Source of the DNA: Hydrolagus affinis
Lineage: Eukaryota
Length of the DNA: 64,000 nt
Assembly: GCA_012026655.1 (NCBI GenBank)
Contig: JAAILG010001105.1
Coordinates: forward strand, 1 to 64,000
Direction: 5' to 3'
Each line of letters opens with the position of its first letter. Positions within the stretch are counted from its first letter, which is position 1. Shown piece after piece: positions 11,091 to 24,806 of the stretch. A program made the position numbers and the translations under genes. Under the pieces are notes generated by a model. The model saw only the letters and a list, made by a program, of their open reading frames with translations, did not search any database and was not told the DNA's origin.

Positions 11091-12435
11091 CCTCCTGCTT
11101 CTCAAATTTTTTTTGGTTGTTTCTCTCCTTTTGTCACGACTGAAACCTGATCCTCACAGAGTGGAAGAACCCAACCAAATTGTTTGCGTTGCATTGGGTA
11201 GTGGTGGGGAGGAGGAGGAGGGCAGGAAGGGTAGGCTGGCAAGATACATATTTGATTTGTTGCAACCTGACCCAAGTTGCAACTCAGGGGAATTTCTGCC
11301 AGATCTTTACCAATAGAACTCACCACAATACAACCAAAACAACACCTGTTATAATGCATATAGAACAAAAAACAGACAACAATAGCACATTCAGTTACAA
11401 ACAAGTTAGTGTTAAGAAAAAGAGATTATATCTGAGGCTGTCTTCAAAATCCAACATCGTTAAAAGTCCATTTGTAGCGACATTGTATTATCTAAGGAAA
11501 ACTGATTACTTTATAGCAAAAAAAATCCTCTCTCTGTTAACCCTTAGGATAGCAACTCACTTTTATGTAGTCAGCCTAGTCAACAATCAAATTATAATTT
11601 AAAAACTCCATGTACTAAATTTAATTTTTGACTGTTTTGGAAATACACTGTTTTCATGGCATTAACTACAATTAATTAGCGTACATTTTTAGCAGTTGTA
11701 GAGCAAAACACAATGTACAGTAATGTTCCCCTCAGAGGATACTATCCAGAGGCTGACTGAAAATGGAAGTGGTGGGCGGAAGAATTAAATGATGTGAAGT
11801 TTCCTGCATATAAAAACGGTTTCTCGACTTCAGTGACAACTCCTCACCTCCATGCATTGTCTTATTGTTAAAAGGGCAAAGGATTTCAGACAATAACACT
11901 GGTGACTCATCATTCAGCTGACAGGAAGTCTGATGAAGTCACTCATCATCAGACAGGGTGAACAATATTTCCTCTTGTCAAAACATTCTCAGAAAGTGAT
12001 ATGATTTTCTGGAAAAAAAAGTGATTTGCATTAAAAAAAATTACTTCAAACACAGGCTAATTTCACTCAGCACCATTTTATCCAAAATTTATCTTGCCGA
12101 ACTCAACTGTGTCCCCTGTTACTAGAAATTTAATAATGATAATAATCATAGTTGAAACTCGAGGAACAGACGAGGTTCTGGACAGACATAATAGGTCTTA
12201 TCCAAGAGTTTAATGACTTTATTTTTAAGATTGTTTCATTAATTCAAAGTCCACAGGTTCCATGTACTGGGTTAGAAGAAAAGCATTTTCAAAACATATT
12301 AAAGCATTGATTATGTAAAAAAAACCTGATTAGTATAACCTGAAATAAAACAAATTGTAAACGTAAAGATTTAAATACTAGATTTATATAAGATCCAGAG
12401 AATGATTTAAATACAGTACCTGCAATATTAAAGCC

Positions 12436-12660
12436 AGTGTCTAGGGGCTATAGTTATAAGATAGGTGGAAGAAGAGCAAAAGTAGAACTTTTTTTCACAC
12501 CATGAATTGTTGGGACAGGGAATGCCCTCACAAATATGGTGATAGCGTCAGTGTCTATTGTGGGTTTCAAGGGAAAGTAGTCAGATATATGAAGGATGGG
12601 AGGAGCAATGGGATTAAATAAACACATTATCATATGTACATTTCTATGATTCTATTGTAT
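12436..12660 (+). mobile_element. Decayed CR1 LINE 3' fragment
   Basis: Degenerate RGYSYKI...FF..RIVGT.NAL...SI.GFKGK..RYMK-like coding remnant, followed by a TTCTATGATTCTAT tail. Confidence 0.65.
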
Positions 12661-12828
12661 GTTTACTATTGCTTTAAGGGTTTGTAATATTTAAATAACA
12701 ATAGCGGAAAAACACCATTTAAGTCAAATGGATCCAATCCATCAGTTTGAAAATGTCTGTTAAATCGCCTCATATGCATTTCAGTTCTGGTGAACTCGTC
12801 CGTGGTACTGTATCATTTGTGTGAACTG

Positions 12829-12868
12829 ATATCCCTTCTATAATGGGGTGCCCAGAACTGCACACATT
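12829..12868 (-). mobile_element. Short CR1 ORF2 remnant
   Basis: The reverse complement translates to CVQFWAPHYRRD, a conserved CR1 motif. Confidence 0.6.
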
Positions 12869-13290
12869 GCAGAGGGTTGGGACTTAATCATTTACAAAGG
12901 AAAGTAAACTGCCGTGAATAGGACATCATTAGAGGTCTGTGCAGGAACTTGAATTGTCAATAGGTCACTACCTTCAGCTCCAATCTCTTATCTGTACTGC
13001 GCCAAAGTTTGACCAGTTATGTTCTGCAGTAACTCTGAGCTGACATTAAACTGTGTGAGGGTCATTCCTGAGATCAGCATAATGGGCTCGAATAAATATG
13101 TATACACTTCCCCCAAATTCTGCCATCATTTTAACTTCACCTCAGTGATTCAAGAATGCCCAGTGCGCATATGTGCATTTGAGAACTGCAGCATGGTTGT
13201 GTGACATTGCATGCTCTGAAATGCACTTTTCTTTGAACTGACACATTTTGATGTGTAACCCAAGAGTGCCCCTCACATGTGATGTTTGAT

Positions 13291-13470
13291 ATAATAATCC
13301 TTGCATTTCATATAACACCACATCGAGACATCGCAGAGTGCTTCATATTCTGTAATGTGTTTTGACTGTGGGTGCTCTGTGGGCAAACACAGCAGTCGAT
13401 TTGCAGGCAAACAACAACAAAATTGCACTTATATAGCGTCTCTCACATCGGGAGGACGTCCCAAAGCGCA
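13291..13470 (-). mobile_element. Adjacent SINE 3' half (13291-13410) and L2-type tail (13410-13470)
   Basis: ATAATAATCCTTGCATTT... followed by AACAACAACAAAATTGCACTTATATAGCGTCTCTCACATCGGGAGGACGTCCCAAAGCGC. Confidence 0.8.
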
Positions 13471-13675
13471 GTCTGGTCGGGACCCGTGCGGGTGGAGGGG
13501 GCGTGATATCCGGACCATCCGGACTGCTTAAGTGGAGATAAGAAGATTTGTTAGTTATGAAAATGTTAGACAGAGAGCTTGTACAGTTTTTATACTACAA
13601 AAAATTGTAGTTGTGTCATTGTGTGAATGTTTTATTGGTTATGTTATGAATAAAGATTATTTTGCGGGGAAAATA
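13471..13675 (+). mobile_element. Possible L1/Tx1-type LINE 3' end
   Basis: A CpG-rich start is followed by a TG-rich 3' UTR-like tract ending TATGAATAAAGATTATTTTG. The family assignment is from recall only. Confidence 0.3.
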
Positions 13676-14544
13676 CATCTCTCAGTTTCTGATGGTGCAA
13701 AATAAACTCTGGCCAATTAGAGCCTCATACGCATACATCACAGATGAAGCTTTAGGCAATTAACAATGTTTGTGAGTTTTGTTGGTGGACAACTATCATC
13801 ACCATCTGTAGAAGACTGACATAATTAAAAATTGTGTGCAACAGAGGATTACAGAGAGTTCTACCATAACCAGAAATGTTCAATGCAAACTGAAATAGAA
13901 GTTCGCTGCCTGCGATGCCACACTGCCTTTTATTTTATGTGTGCAGTTTGTCCGTGAGACAAACACATATGGATGCATATTTACATTGTGTTTGGGGATA
14001 TTGAGGTCAATGTCCTAGTTAGAACAGGGTCTCAGCAGTTCCAGGGTGGGATGGCTCCTGGATGGACACGCACATCACTGTGAAGCCACTGCCCAAATCA
14101 CTGTGAAAAAGATGACTGTGAAAGCTATGTAGAGTGTTGGAGTCCAATTTGCATATAATTTCATGCAGCTTTAACACAGCTTTCAGCCGCCTCCACAACT
14201 GAAATAGGAACTTTGGGTTGGTGCCAATGTGCCCAAATGTGCATCGAAATCTGTGCAACAAGCCATGGGAGAACTAACTGAGGCATGCCGCCGTAAAATC
14301 CACAGTTTCTACTGAGCTAGGGGTGACCGAGAGAGAAAGGAGAGGAGGAATGAAAAACTGAAGCTTCTCGGTCAAAATGAAGACTTTGCATCCCATTACC
14401 ACAAATTCAACTATTGTTCCAGTAGGCAAACTACAGAATGCTCAACAAAAGCAGCAAAAGGCTGCTCTCTCTCGCCCCACAGCATTCCTCTCTCTTACCC
14501 AACTCTCCCTTCCCTTCCCTTCCCTCCCCCTCTCTTTCTCTCTC

Positions 14545-14600
14545 AATTCTCACCGACGTGATAAGGCGCTATATCAAATGCAAGCATTATTATAATTATC
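14545..14600 (+). mobile_element. SINE/L2 3' tail
   Basis: GACGTGATAAGGCGCTATATCAAATGCAAGCATTATTAT. Confidence 0.75.
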
Positions 14601-15033
14601 CACAGGAAACATTTCTTTTTTTTCTGTTCAGATAGTACTTCTTCCTCATGTACTGAATCTTACTCTCTTGAGGGAATGTGAATCAATCGTTCTACGTTTT
14701 GTTATTATGACAAAAACAACCAATGGAGTATCGACTCCTCAAACTAGTCCAGGTCCAGAAATCCAACACACTCGATACATCAACCAGTTAGTTTCGGATT
14801 TCTACACAGAGTAGCTCTCACTGCCTGCCTTGTTCAATGCAGTTGCTAATAAATGCAGGTTTCTGCAATTAGTATTACGTAAAAAACAATATGGATATTT
14901 CAGTTGTTTATTTTCCTTTTCTCAACTTCCTCCTCTCTTTTACCTGCTTGACTTTCAATTGAGGTTTTTTTCGGAGAGATCTGATACCTATAAGAAGAAT
15001 ACAATTTGTGTTATTAACTCTATAATATATATA

Positions 15034-15239
15034 CAGTAAAAACCCGTTTACCCGGCACCTGATCAACCGTAACTTCCGGCATTGCAAAAAAAAGGTCCAC
15101 ATTCGATTAACTGGAATTTATCCGGAAAAATGTATTGAAATGTTTTTTTTTTTCTTTGCATTTTCGGATGAATATCTGGCACGTGCTTTAACCGGCATTG
15201 GCCAGGTACGAAGGGTGCTGGATAAACGGGCTTTTACTG
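15034..15239. mobile_element. MITE, Tc1/mariner superfamily (Tigger/pogo-like), copy 1
   Basis: About 26-bp TIRs: CAGTAAAAACCCGTTTACCCGGCACC on the left and the reverse complement CAGTAAAAGCCCGTTTATCCAGCACC on the right. TA on both sides (15032-33, 15240-41). A second copy lies at 52191. Confidence 0.9.
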
Positions 15240-16359
15240 TAATCACTAAAGTGAACATTGGATGCACAGGTTCTCAGACACTCTGGCAAATCTGCAATAG
15301 TTTGAAGTGTAACATACTAGCTGCAGGAACCTGCACTTGAAAGACAGAACAGTCCTCGACCACACTCGGATTCTTCGCCACATGCACGGCTGGGAAATGG
15401 AGTCTTTCCCGTATTATCAATGTGAAACCCTCTAGGTCAAGCAAACCATGCAGAGCCACCAAATATAACTTCCTCTACTTTGTCCGAAAAATATGTCTAA
15501 ATCCCAACATCAGACATGCATCACTGTTTGCACTAGTGAAAAATCTTCCTATTATCATGCCAGCTGTGTTGACCTGAGTAAAAGTCATCACATGGGCAAT
15601 TTGTGCCAAATGATGAGCAGTTTTATGGTGCTGCTCTGTACTCCTTAAAAACTAGATAGAAAATGCCTGATCTAATATAATTGTGGCCAATGGCTTAATT
15701 TAATTTTACTTGTGGCTCATAAAAACCCGAGCAGGATTGAAACCGAAGTTCCAGAGTTGACAGGACAGACACTGTGCTTACAGACTGCAGCAAACAAATA
15801 ATCAAGCTTCCATACTGAACATAGCCCTGCACCATTGTGAAACATGTTGAGGCATTTCCATGTCATTCTGATGACGCTACTCTTCTTCCTTCCGTTTCCA
15901 AATGAAACTGCTCTTTGAAGTCGGAGAGAAAACAATATGAGTTATGACAGGTCTTAAAATTGTCTGAAGTAAATCAAAGTTGAATATTTTTGACAAAATG
16001 GTTTGTAATAATTTTTTTTAAATTTCAGCCTTCTGAGAGCGAGTGATGGATTGATGTACGACGGCAGCAAGATTGGTGTCCTGCATAATCCCATTGATTG
16101 CATTACTCAGAAACGCTTTTAATTACATGAAGGCAATGCCCAATGAGCTGCATATAGGATGACAGCATCAAAAATCCAGTAACCTTAAACCTTAACCATA
16201 ATATTATGCAGAGTCCTACAATTGTATTGGAATATCTTCTGTGACACTGAGAGTTTCATTCAGAGCTCAATAACAATCTTATCCAATGCAAGCTGCAGAT
16301 TAACCTGTCCCATTTGCTTACAAAATTCACAGCTCCTGTCCTTTACATTGGATCCGATA

Positions 16360-16420
16360 AAGCCCATTTGAGACATCTTACTGATGTGAATGGCGCTATA
16401 TCAAATATAAGAATACTGTA
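16360..16420 (+). mobile_element. SINE/L2 3' tail
   Basis: TTTGAGACATCTT...GTGAATGGCGCTATATCAAATATAAG. Confidence 0.7.
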
Positions 16421-17091
16421 TTACAATTATTACACATTACAACAAACAGGGAAATAAAGACTCTTTAGCCATTTAACTACTGATGGAGCAGCCATCTATT
16501 ACTAACAGTGGTGATGCTCACAATTTCTCACTCATGTGGTACTGAGATACTTTGTCCCAGAGGGGATCAAAGGGTAAATATCTAAATTTCAGGAGTTTTG
16601 AAAGCATATATCATCATTCCTCACACGAGGTTCAACTTTAACCAGTTAATAAAGAGGCAGATATTGTCGTTTGTTTTATTTAAATTTCAAGTAATTAAAT
16701 TAATTCTCTAATTAATAGGCTATAAAAACGAATGAAGCGTGACTGCTTTCTCTTGTGTGACTTGGAGATAGCACTCCCATGAGATAACTTAACACAGCCT
16801 CTGCCCTTCAGACAATAGGTCAAATTGCAGAAGCAAACAGAAGCCAATTGTAATATATGAAACATTAAATATATATTTTTTAAAACTATAAATTCTTTCA
16901 AATTCTAGTCAAACAGATATACTATAAGCAAATAAACTTCAATTATTTACTCAAAGGAATAGGATTTTGTTAAGATACCTCAATGTGTTCATACCGAGGG
17001 CAAATAATCTGATGCTACATGTTTACAACACAGCATTCTAATCTTTCAAACTAAGATTAAAAGTCCCCTGATAATACAGCAAGTTTGCATC

Positions 17092-17205
17092 GATAACCAC
17101 TGAGCACTGCAGATCTGGAAGGTCCCCAGGTACATTTTCAGGTTATGCTGAGTTAGTTGGTCTCGCCCAGAGTGCTACTAGGGACCTGACAATTAGTCTC
17201 GGTGG
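17092..17205 (+). mobile_element. Possible ancient tRNA-derived SINE remnant of a different family
   Basis: GGAAGGTCCCCAGGT...TGCTGAGTTAGTTGGTCTC resembles an old gnathostome SINE head as I recall it. No second copy in the window. Confidence 0.3.
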
Positions 17206-18190
17206 CTTGAGAAAATGTTGGCTTTGGTAGATTTATGGAGATTTGTTGATAAACTAGTGTCAAGTTTTCTCTCCAAACATCTAGGTGATAGGTACGTAAC
17301 CAGCACCTTGGGATGTGAAACACGTTATCTAAAGGCAATTTGTTGTTATTGTACGTTTGGCATGGAGTTTGGAAATGAGCAGGTCAAAGGGTGGTTTTAC
17401 TATTCCATGCTTTCTCATTTCCCTCCTCCCCAGTCATTGTTCTAAGTCTTTTTTCCTTTTGCCCAAAACACTCGGTAGACAACTTTGTAAATTTTCTTGT
17501 AGGCCAAAAGAACTTTCTCTCGTACAATGTGAGATTTTCAATTTGCAATGAAATAGCAGATTGGGAGTTTTTTTTAAAAAAATGTCTTCAGCCTTTCTTG
17601 CCCAGGCTCCCCAAAAAATTGTCCCGCTGTGCGTTATCAATCTTTTTATCAACCTGTATTAAATATTACAAGGATACAAGGATACAACTATGATCAAAGT
17701 GCCAAGGGCAAAGACTTAACGAACCCCAACAAGCAAATAAGGCACAGAGCAGATTGCAAACAGCACCACATTGTGGTCAAAGATAAATACTGCACACAAT
17801 GTGAAATTGGGCCCTCTTCTGCAAAGCACTGAGCTACAACATGGCATTAGTGAAAAGCATGATTTTGGTCAACTGTGCATGATAGATACAGGTTCCTGCC
17901 CAAGCTATGTGTGAATATGCCTTGAAAATATGGCAAAATTCACGAGAGAAGTGTTTGACTTTTCTTTCCCTTCCACTGGGATAGTGTCGCAAAGGATGCC
18001 TCCAGTGCTTTGCTCAAGCGATCAGCAAGCGTTGACATTCTATTCAAGTATAGATCACAGGGAACGTCTGTGCTAAGGTTAAATCCCAGTTGATATCTGA
18101 GATATCAGCAAGTAACCTTCCCACCATCAGGAAAGGGGCTGCAATTCAAAGTACTGTAAAGAAGAAATCGCAATACATCCGAACATTTAG

Positions 18191-18350
18191 ATAATCCTTG
18201 CATTTGATATTGCGCCTTTCACGTTGCAAGGAAGTCTCAAAGCACTTCACAGGATTTCATGTGAAATGGAGTGACTGTGTATTTGTAGGCAAACGCAAAA
18301 GCACGATTGCTCAAAGCAATATCCCACAAACCACCATGAAACGAATGACC
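18191..18350 (-). mobile_element. SINE 3' half
   Basis: ATAATCCTTGCATTTGATATTGCGCCTTTCACG...TCCCACAAACCACCATG. Confidence 0.85.
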
Positions 18351-18526
18351 AATTGGCATTTAAACATTGAGGAATTGTACAGCTTAATTAATAGATTGAA
18401 ACTGGAAATAGAATCTCTTATGTGTGAAGCATTTTAATTGACTGTACCATTGATCAGTTATATAAAGATAAATACTATGCTTCGAGCCAGTAGATTATTT
18501 TCTTCAATATTTGAGCATCACATTGA

Positions 18527-18620
18527 AATAATAATAATAATCCTTGCATTTGATATAGCGCTTTTCACGTCATCACGACATCTCAAAGCGCTTCACAGAA
18601 TATACCGTAACGTGAATTGA
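18527..18620 (-). mobile_element. SINE 3' tail
   Basis: (ATA)nATCCTTGCATTTGATATAGCGCTTTTCACGTC...CTCAAAGCGCTTCACAGAATATAC. Confidence 0.85.
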
Positions 18621-18834
18621 AATACCGAGATGTGTGCTAACTGCTATCCACAGTAACAGTTAATATCAGGTAGGCTATTCCTGGGTCTTGTATTCAATAT
18701 TGGAGTTCACCATTGCTCAAACCTAAGAGCACTCTCTGCTGCACCAGAGTGATATTCTCAATGGCAGATTTTTTTTCAAACTTTGAGCTTTTGCTTGCTG
18801 AAGAACATTATTGCCTTATTGATACCTTTATCGA

Positions 18835-18912
18835 TTCACTATTCTGTGAAGCACTTTGAAATGTCTAGAAGACATGAAAAGTGCTATATTAAATGCAAAA
18901 ATTATTATTATT
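18835..18912 (+). mobile_element. SINE 3' tail
   Basis: TATTCTGTGAAGCACTTTGAAATGTCT...AAAAGTGCTATATTAAATGCAAAAATTATTATTATT. Confidence 0.8.
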
Positions 18913-20099
18913 GGCATACTTTTGAGATCATAGTTTGCAAGTGTCTGCAAGTTCTATATGTAAGTTTCCTTCTACATTTTTTTTTAAAAAAAGTGTTCAC
19001 AATTACTTAGCAGTAATCCTAAAAACTGTTTGACAATGTTGAATTTGTTGCGTTTCTTTTTTGCCTTAATGTGGTTACTTTTAATTTGTCAAGGAAATGC
19101 CTTTAGAAAATCACAAGTGAACAATTCTGAGGATTAGCTGTTTACAAATATATATATATCTATATTATATATAGATATATATATCTGTATATGAGACCCC
19201 TTGCAGGGATCTGGCAATGAGAAACAGAAACACATCTTTTCTAATCTGCCATTAGGCACTGCAATTAATTCTTTGCAGTTGGCAATCGTAGGCACACGCA
19301 TCAGCCAGAACTCTTCAGGAATAAACTTCTCCAACAATGCGTGTTTTCGTCCAAACCCCAGATTTCGTTTTTCTATGTGTGTGGGAATATTTGTTTAGTG
19401 ACTGGAACGGCGAGTCAGATAGGTCTCAGATCAAGGTCTGAGGTGAACCCAAGGCCAACGGGGAGACATGGCAGAGTTTACAATGTTCAGCATTCCAAAC
19501 AGATGACTATCGGATTGACTGGAATTAGCATGTGAATCGGATGATCCTTTGACACCCTGGTGATGCATTCATTTCACTGACTACCGCCTCCCACCCCCAC
19601 CCCCACCCGTACGATAAATAAAGTGTTGCATCGGCGGTGCAATTCAGCTTTCATCGGGGGGCCAGTTCTGCCTCCACTTATTAATTAAATACATAATTAA
19701 ATACATTCCGAACAATGGCAAGCAGGTCCCTAAGAGCAGTGGCCAATCCTGGCTCTGAATTCAGTTGCCGCCCAGTCCTAATGTACTACAGGAACGTAAC
19801 CTGGAGACAGAAATCTGCTCCAAATCCGAAATGACACAACACCTTTGGTATTTGCTAAATGAAACTAGAATAAATTAAACCTGGCATATATATTTTTTTC
19901 TCTCTCCCTCAGAACACATGATGAGTTTCTTCCCGAGTTTTGTATATCTACAGAGCAGTAAGTAATAAAAAGAGCATCTGATTAAATTGTTTACTGCTAA
20001 CTGAACCAAGGTGGGTTTACATTAAAGATATCAAAAGGTGCTGTCACTGTTAGAAAGCTCCATGTTAATCATATCATTGCATCAACTTGTTCACTTTAA

Positions 20100-20420
20100 A
20101 AACAACAACAACCAATTGCATTTATGCAGCTTCTGGTTCTCTTTGTGGGAAAGGCGTTCAGAAAGAGTAAATTTCTACCCAAGTGAACAATCTGCGCATT
20201 GTACTCGTTACAAAAGATAGTTAACCATCAGTGCCTATAGGACAAAATGTATTCACACCTGTGTATAATGGTTAAATGGAATTTAAACAAACTCAAATGA
20301 AGAGATGATCAAGCAAGCACACAATTACTACATTTCAAAAAAAAGCTTTGTACTTTGATGTATTTTGAAGACGTGATAATGCACTATACCAAATGTAAGG
20401 ATTATTCTTATTTATTATTA
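20100..20420. mobile_element. Two degenerate tails: minus strand at 20100-20160 and plus strand at 20340-20420
   Basis: AACAACAACAACCAATTGCATTTATGCAGC and GACGTGATAATGCACTATACCAAATGTAAGGATTATT. Confidence 0.6.
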
Positions 20421-21099
20421 AAAAAAATACATTTTGAAACCAGTTGCACTATTTGAATACTGGACACTTCACGTTGAACATTTTGTATTTACTTTCAGCC
20501 TGTGTCACTGGATGATTCATTCCATCGGACCATGATTGTCTTTTGCGATTCCCTGGCTGTTTTGCAGTGCCCTTTGGTCCTTGGACATTTTTGCCATAAT
20601 TTAGTGGTTTCACTGTAACTGTTGATATCACTGAAGTTCAGAGAGGATAAAGCTATGGCCTTGCCCTGAGAGAGCAAAGCTGACCTGATGGTGTGTGGTG
20701 AGGTATTCTGTGAGGAAATGGTGCAGGGCTATCCTTGGATCTGTTCATCAATTCATCAACTTTTCAACCTCTCCCTGAGCCTTTTGATCTTTATCTAAGT
20801 GTCTCTGAGTGTTAGTCTATTTTCCTATAGGTATATCTCGGTTGCCATCAGTTCATTCTTTTCGTCTCTTCACAACAGTTTATATTACTTTACTTCTTTC
20901 TACTGCCTCATCGTAACAGTATTTTAGTTTTTTTTGTGGCCCTTTTTTTATTCCTCGCACAAGAGCAAGGAGGATGTGGCCATTTAACAGGATGGCAGGT
21001 GGAGAAGCAGCGGAATGGCAATTGGAAGGAAACTTCCTGATAGCAGAGAGGTGACTGCAGTTTTCCACATCACACATTGCAAGGAGATGAAGGGCAAGG

Positions 21100-21270
21100 T
21101 CAACAACAACAACAAAATTACATTTGTAATTTTTCACGTCGGGAGAAAATCCCAAGGCGCTGGACTGTCAAGTGTTTCAGACCCAAGCTGGGGTTGGGAT
21201 CAGGGAGGATGGAGGGGAAAGTGGGTGACTATTGGCACGGTTGAAGAGAAGGGTCTTGAGGCTAGGGTGA
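21100..21270 (-). mobile_element. L2 LINE 3' end
   Basis: The reverse complement matches 10780-10930 (TCCCAAGGCGCTGGAC, GGGTGACTATTGG, GAAGAGAAGGGTCTTGAGGC). Confidence 0.8.
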
Positions 21271-21294
21271 GTTGTAAAAGACACAATTTTTCAG

Positions 21295-21403
21295 GGTGTG
21301 TTTTGCCCACAGCTGATCCACTTTATAATATATCCCGAGAAGCTCTTTGAGACATCCCAAATATATGATAAGGGGCTCTGTCAAATGCAAGGGCTATTAT
21401 TAT
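21295..21403 (+). mobile_element. SINE 3' tail
   Basis: GAAGCTCTTTGAGACATCCC...GATAAGGGGCTCTGTCAAATGCAAGGGCTATTATTAT. Confidence 0.75.
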
Positions 21404-21732
21404 CCTGGTATGCTCGTGTCTTGAACATGTAGAGGGCATCAATGTCTTTTTGTGGGTAATGTGTCTACAACTACACAATATGGCCTTGCTAAATGAATTA
21501 TAAAAGAATCCAGTTTAAGTTATGGTAAGTCTATTCTCAGTGCAAAGTCAATAATCCTTATTCATTTGCCAATGCACTCTATTTGGTATTATTATATATT
21601 ATTTACATTTTTTATTCAATGTCGATTGCTTAATTTATCCACATTAAAATACTGCAGCAGATTATCCCATCTGCAGTTATTCAATTGCTTTTTTTTTCTG
21701 ATCCCACCGATTAAAAATAATTGGCATTTCTA

Positions 21733-21850
21733 CCAGTGCCCTGGCCAACAATTTTCCAGCCGAGTTGGCCAACTTTTTCATGGCTGTTTGTGGGACCTTG
21801 GGGAGTTCAAACTAGCTGCCACATTTCTCTCCAAATGTAATCACTACAAG
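21733..21850 (+). mobile_element. SINE internal remnant
   Basis: GTGCCCTGGCCAACAATT...CATGGCTGTTTGTGGGACCTTG...CTGCCACATTT, similar to 7850-7945. Confidence 0.55.
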
Positions 21851-24447
21851 TGACAATTATTGTTGAGTACTTTTCCCCGAATGTTGCAATTATTATTTAA
21901 TTATTGTTGTAGATGCAAGAGATTTATAAATCTATCACACAAGTTATCTGGCCTTTTGCAAGTCAGTTTGCAAACTGGAGAAGGGGAAATGGACAGAGCG
22001 AGTTAAAGGGATGGAAAAGGAAACCCTCGAAAAACTATTCAAAGTAGAGACGCTGCATACGGTTCTTACAAGTAAATAAGAGGATATGTATTCAGAAGCA
22101 GAAGTACACATAGTGCTCATGATGACTGCTGCACAAAAATAACAGCAACAATTTTAATTATCAAAGCAAGCTGTGTCCTGAGAGCAACCTTGAGAAAAAG
22201 AGAGAACACACAGCTGCCTATGAATTTGGAACGTAAGATTAAACCTGGCACGTAAGCACTCAGAATGTTGTCATACGTGGAATAAATACTGTATTGCACA
22301 TAAACTCTGATAACAAAACACGCATCCAAAATAACTTTTCTTTTCTCTGAAACACAGATGTAGTAAATCCAAAATGATTGCAGGAACCCATATTCACTGA
22401 GAGATAAGCTGCTAATTTCTGAAGATGGCCAAAAGGAACTGAATTTTAAAAAAAATGATTCCATGTGTGTGTTATTTCAGACAAAGGATAGTTCGGGTAT
22501 TTCTTGTGAATAATTTCCATGCTGTTGATAGGCAAGTTGTGATCAGAGAGTCTGATAACCAGAGAGGCTAGATGTCGAGCAAGAAAATACTGTTTATGAG
22601 AGCATTGGTCCAATCAATATTCATGAATATACTGATACACCAGAGATGCAGAAGAGATACTTTCATATTACTGAAAACAGCAATGGATTGCTCAACAATA
22701 AAGCAGCATAACCTTAGCATATTAAAAGAGAGGAGGAGCTGAACACATAGATTTAAGCCACAGTTTACCATATGTATTCATTTTCACAGAATGTTGTGCT
22801 TTATCTTCTCTCTGCAGTTCACTGCTGATGGCAAAAACATGAGAATCATATAAGACTCGAAAAAACAAAACAAAAGGGGGTTGGCGGGCCAAATGATGCT
22901 ATCAATTAATCAAATTAAATACTTATTGTTATTTACAAATGGTGCCTGCAGTTTCAGCGCACACCAAGAATGCCCCCTAGGTGTCTTGCCTAATGTTATC
23001 AGTTTCTGAAAAATTAAACAGCATTACCCGTATCAATGCGTGAACAATTAATGTTGGATTCCTACAGTGTAATGTAAGTCAGCAGTTCCATTCTCTGAGG
23101 TTCTAAAACATCATGATATGCAAAATTATTAGTTGTGGTCCTTTACGCTATTGCTAATTATCTGTAATTTGCAGTAACTTACATTTTTGCTTATTAATTG
23201 CTTTACAAATAAGCTTTTATTTTGAAAACTCATTTTACACTTTTAATTGGCAGTGTTTTCAACATATGAGTGAGTGCAGACTATGTATTGAGATATCAAT
23301 CAATAATAACCTCCACAGTTTTGATAAGAGAGGTATTAATAAGTGCTCCGAGACATTACCCCACTTGAAAGGTCCAATATAAATCCAAGTTGTTGTTGTA
23401 AATATATTGTTATGAATCAATGTACCAGATCTTAGTAACCCTTAAGATGTCAGTATTCAAAACAGCTGTCTGCTACAATTATATTATCTGTACTTCCCCA
23501 CCTCCTTCCCTCTCACCCCCCCCCCCACTCCCCCACCCCACCCCATGCCCAAGCAGACAGACTTGCTCTGGTTGAGAATGTGAGAAATTGTCCGTGTGAC
23601 AATATGCAGATATGTGCTTTTGTTTCACTGAAATACCAGTGAACGGAAATACAAAAAGTGAAAGATATGAAAGAAAGAAGTGAATGGACGAAAGACATAA
23701 ATGAGCTGAAGATTTGGAAGATGAGATAGATAATAAAATCTGTAAGGTCGTGTTGAGGGCTTTTGGCTTAGTTATCATTTGTAACAGAATGGAAAGCACA
23801 CAATTGATCCCTTGCCACAAATTATCGATAAAGCTCTCTAAGAAAGAGGAGAGTATTACAGGTTGGGGTTAATTAGTATGGACAAAATACTGTATATGCA
23901 CTACTAAATTAGTAGTATAAATACTCTCGGAATATATAATACAATATATTTGACCCACCATTCGAGGCTATAATGAATTGCAGATACAACATTCCAACAG
24001 AACCCAAGCTTTTTGGTCTGGGCTGCCTGCCAGCCATCCCACTACGGCCAATCTTCTCAAAGTGCTGTGATTTGCAGCCTATAAATGTGTTATACTGTGT
24101 TGGAAATCTAACCAAGTCCCAGCTAAAATACTAAAGCTCACAACAATCTGGGCTGCAGTCCAATATGTGTGGATCATGTATTGTATGAGGCAGAACCTAA
24201 TTAAATTTGACCTTTTGACATGGGTTTCATCATTCAACTCTCTGTGGCTCAGCTCAGAAAAGAAACTCAAAAGTTTCCCAGCCTCAGAGACAAATAAATA
24301 TTAGCTAATGGAAGAAATGTTGGAATGACCAACTTGTATCTGTACTGATGGAGCAAAATAATAATAATAATATGATAATAAATAATGCTTACATTATTAT
24401 AGGACGTCTATTCATCCTTGAAGCAGGTAATGTTTAATTTTTTTTTA

Positions 24448-24806
24448 AATCCTTGCATTTGGTATAGCGCTTTATCATTTCTTTGAGACATCTCAAAGAG
24501 CTTCACAGAATATGCAGTACTGTAAAGTGAATTGACTGTATATTTTGTGGGTGGAACGTGCCAGCCAAATGCACACAGGAGTGTCCCACAAATAATCATG
24601 GATTGAAAGGACCAATTTTTTTAAAGCAGTTATTATCCCTGGAAAAGCAATCTGCCAATTGACTAACAACTGGGTTCCTACTTACTGCTAGGTAAATTGA
24701 AGCGTGTGGAGTATGGAAACCTGCCCAACAATTAACTCTACCGGGAATCGAACCCAGGTCTCTTGTTTTAGAGATGAGTGCTCTAACTGCTGAACTACAG
24801 GACTCC
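24448..24806 (-). mobile_element. Full-length tRNA-derived SINE, long variant with an extra central segment
   Basis: Head on the reverse complement: GGAGTCCTGTAGTTCAGCAGTTAGAGCACTC...CTGGGTTCGATTCCC (box A and box B). L2-type tail. Confidence 0.9.

Noticed and set aside
19145-19190. (TA)n-rich tracts (also 57170-57225) and C-rich G4-like runs (1315-1372, 23495-23550)
   Set aside because: Ordinary simple repeats with no contextual support for function.
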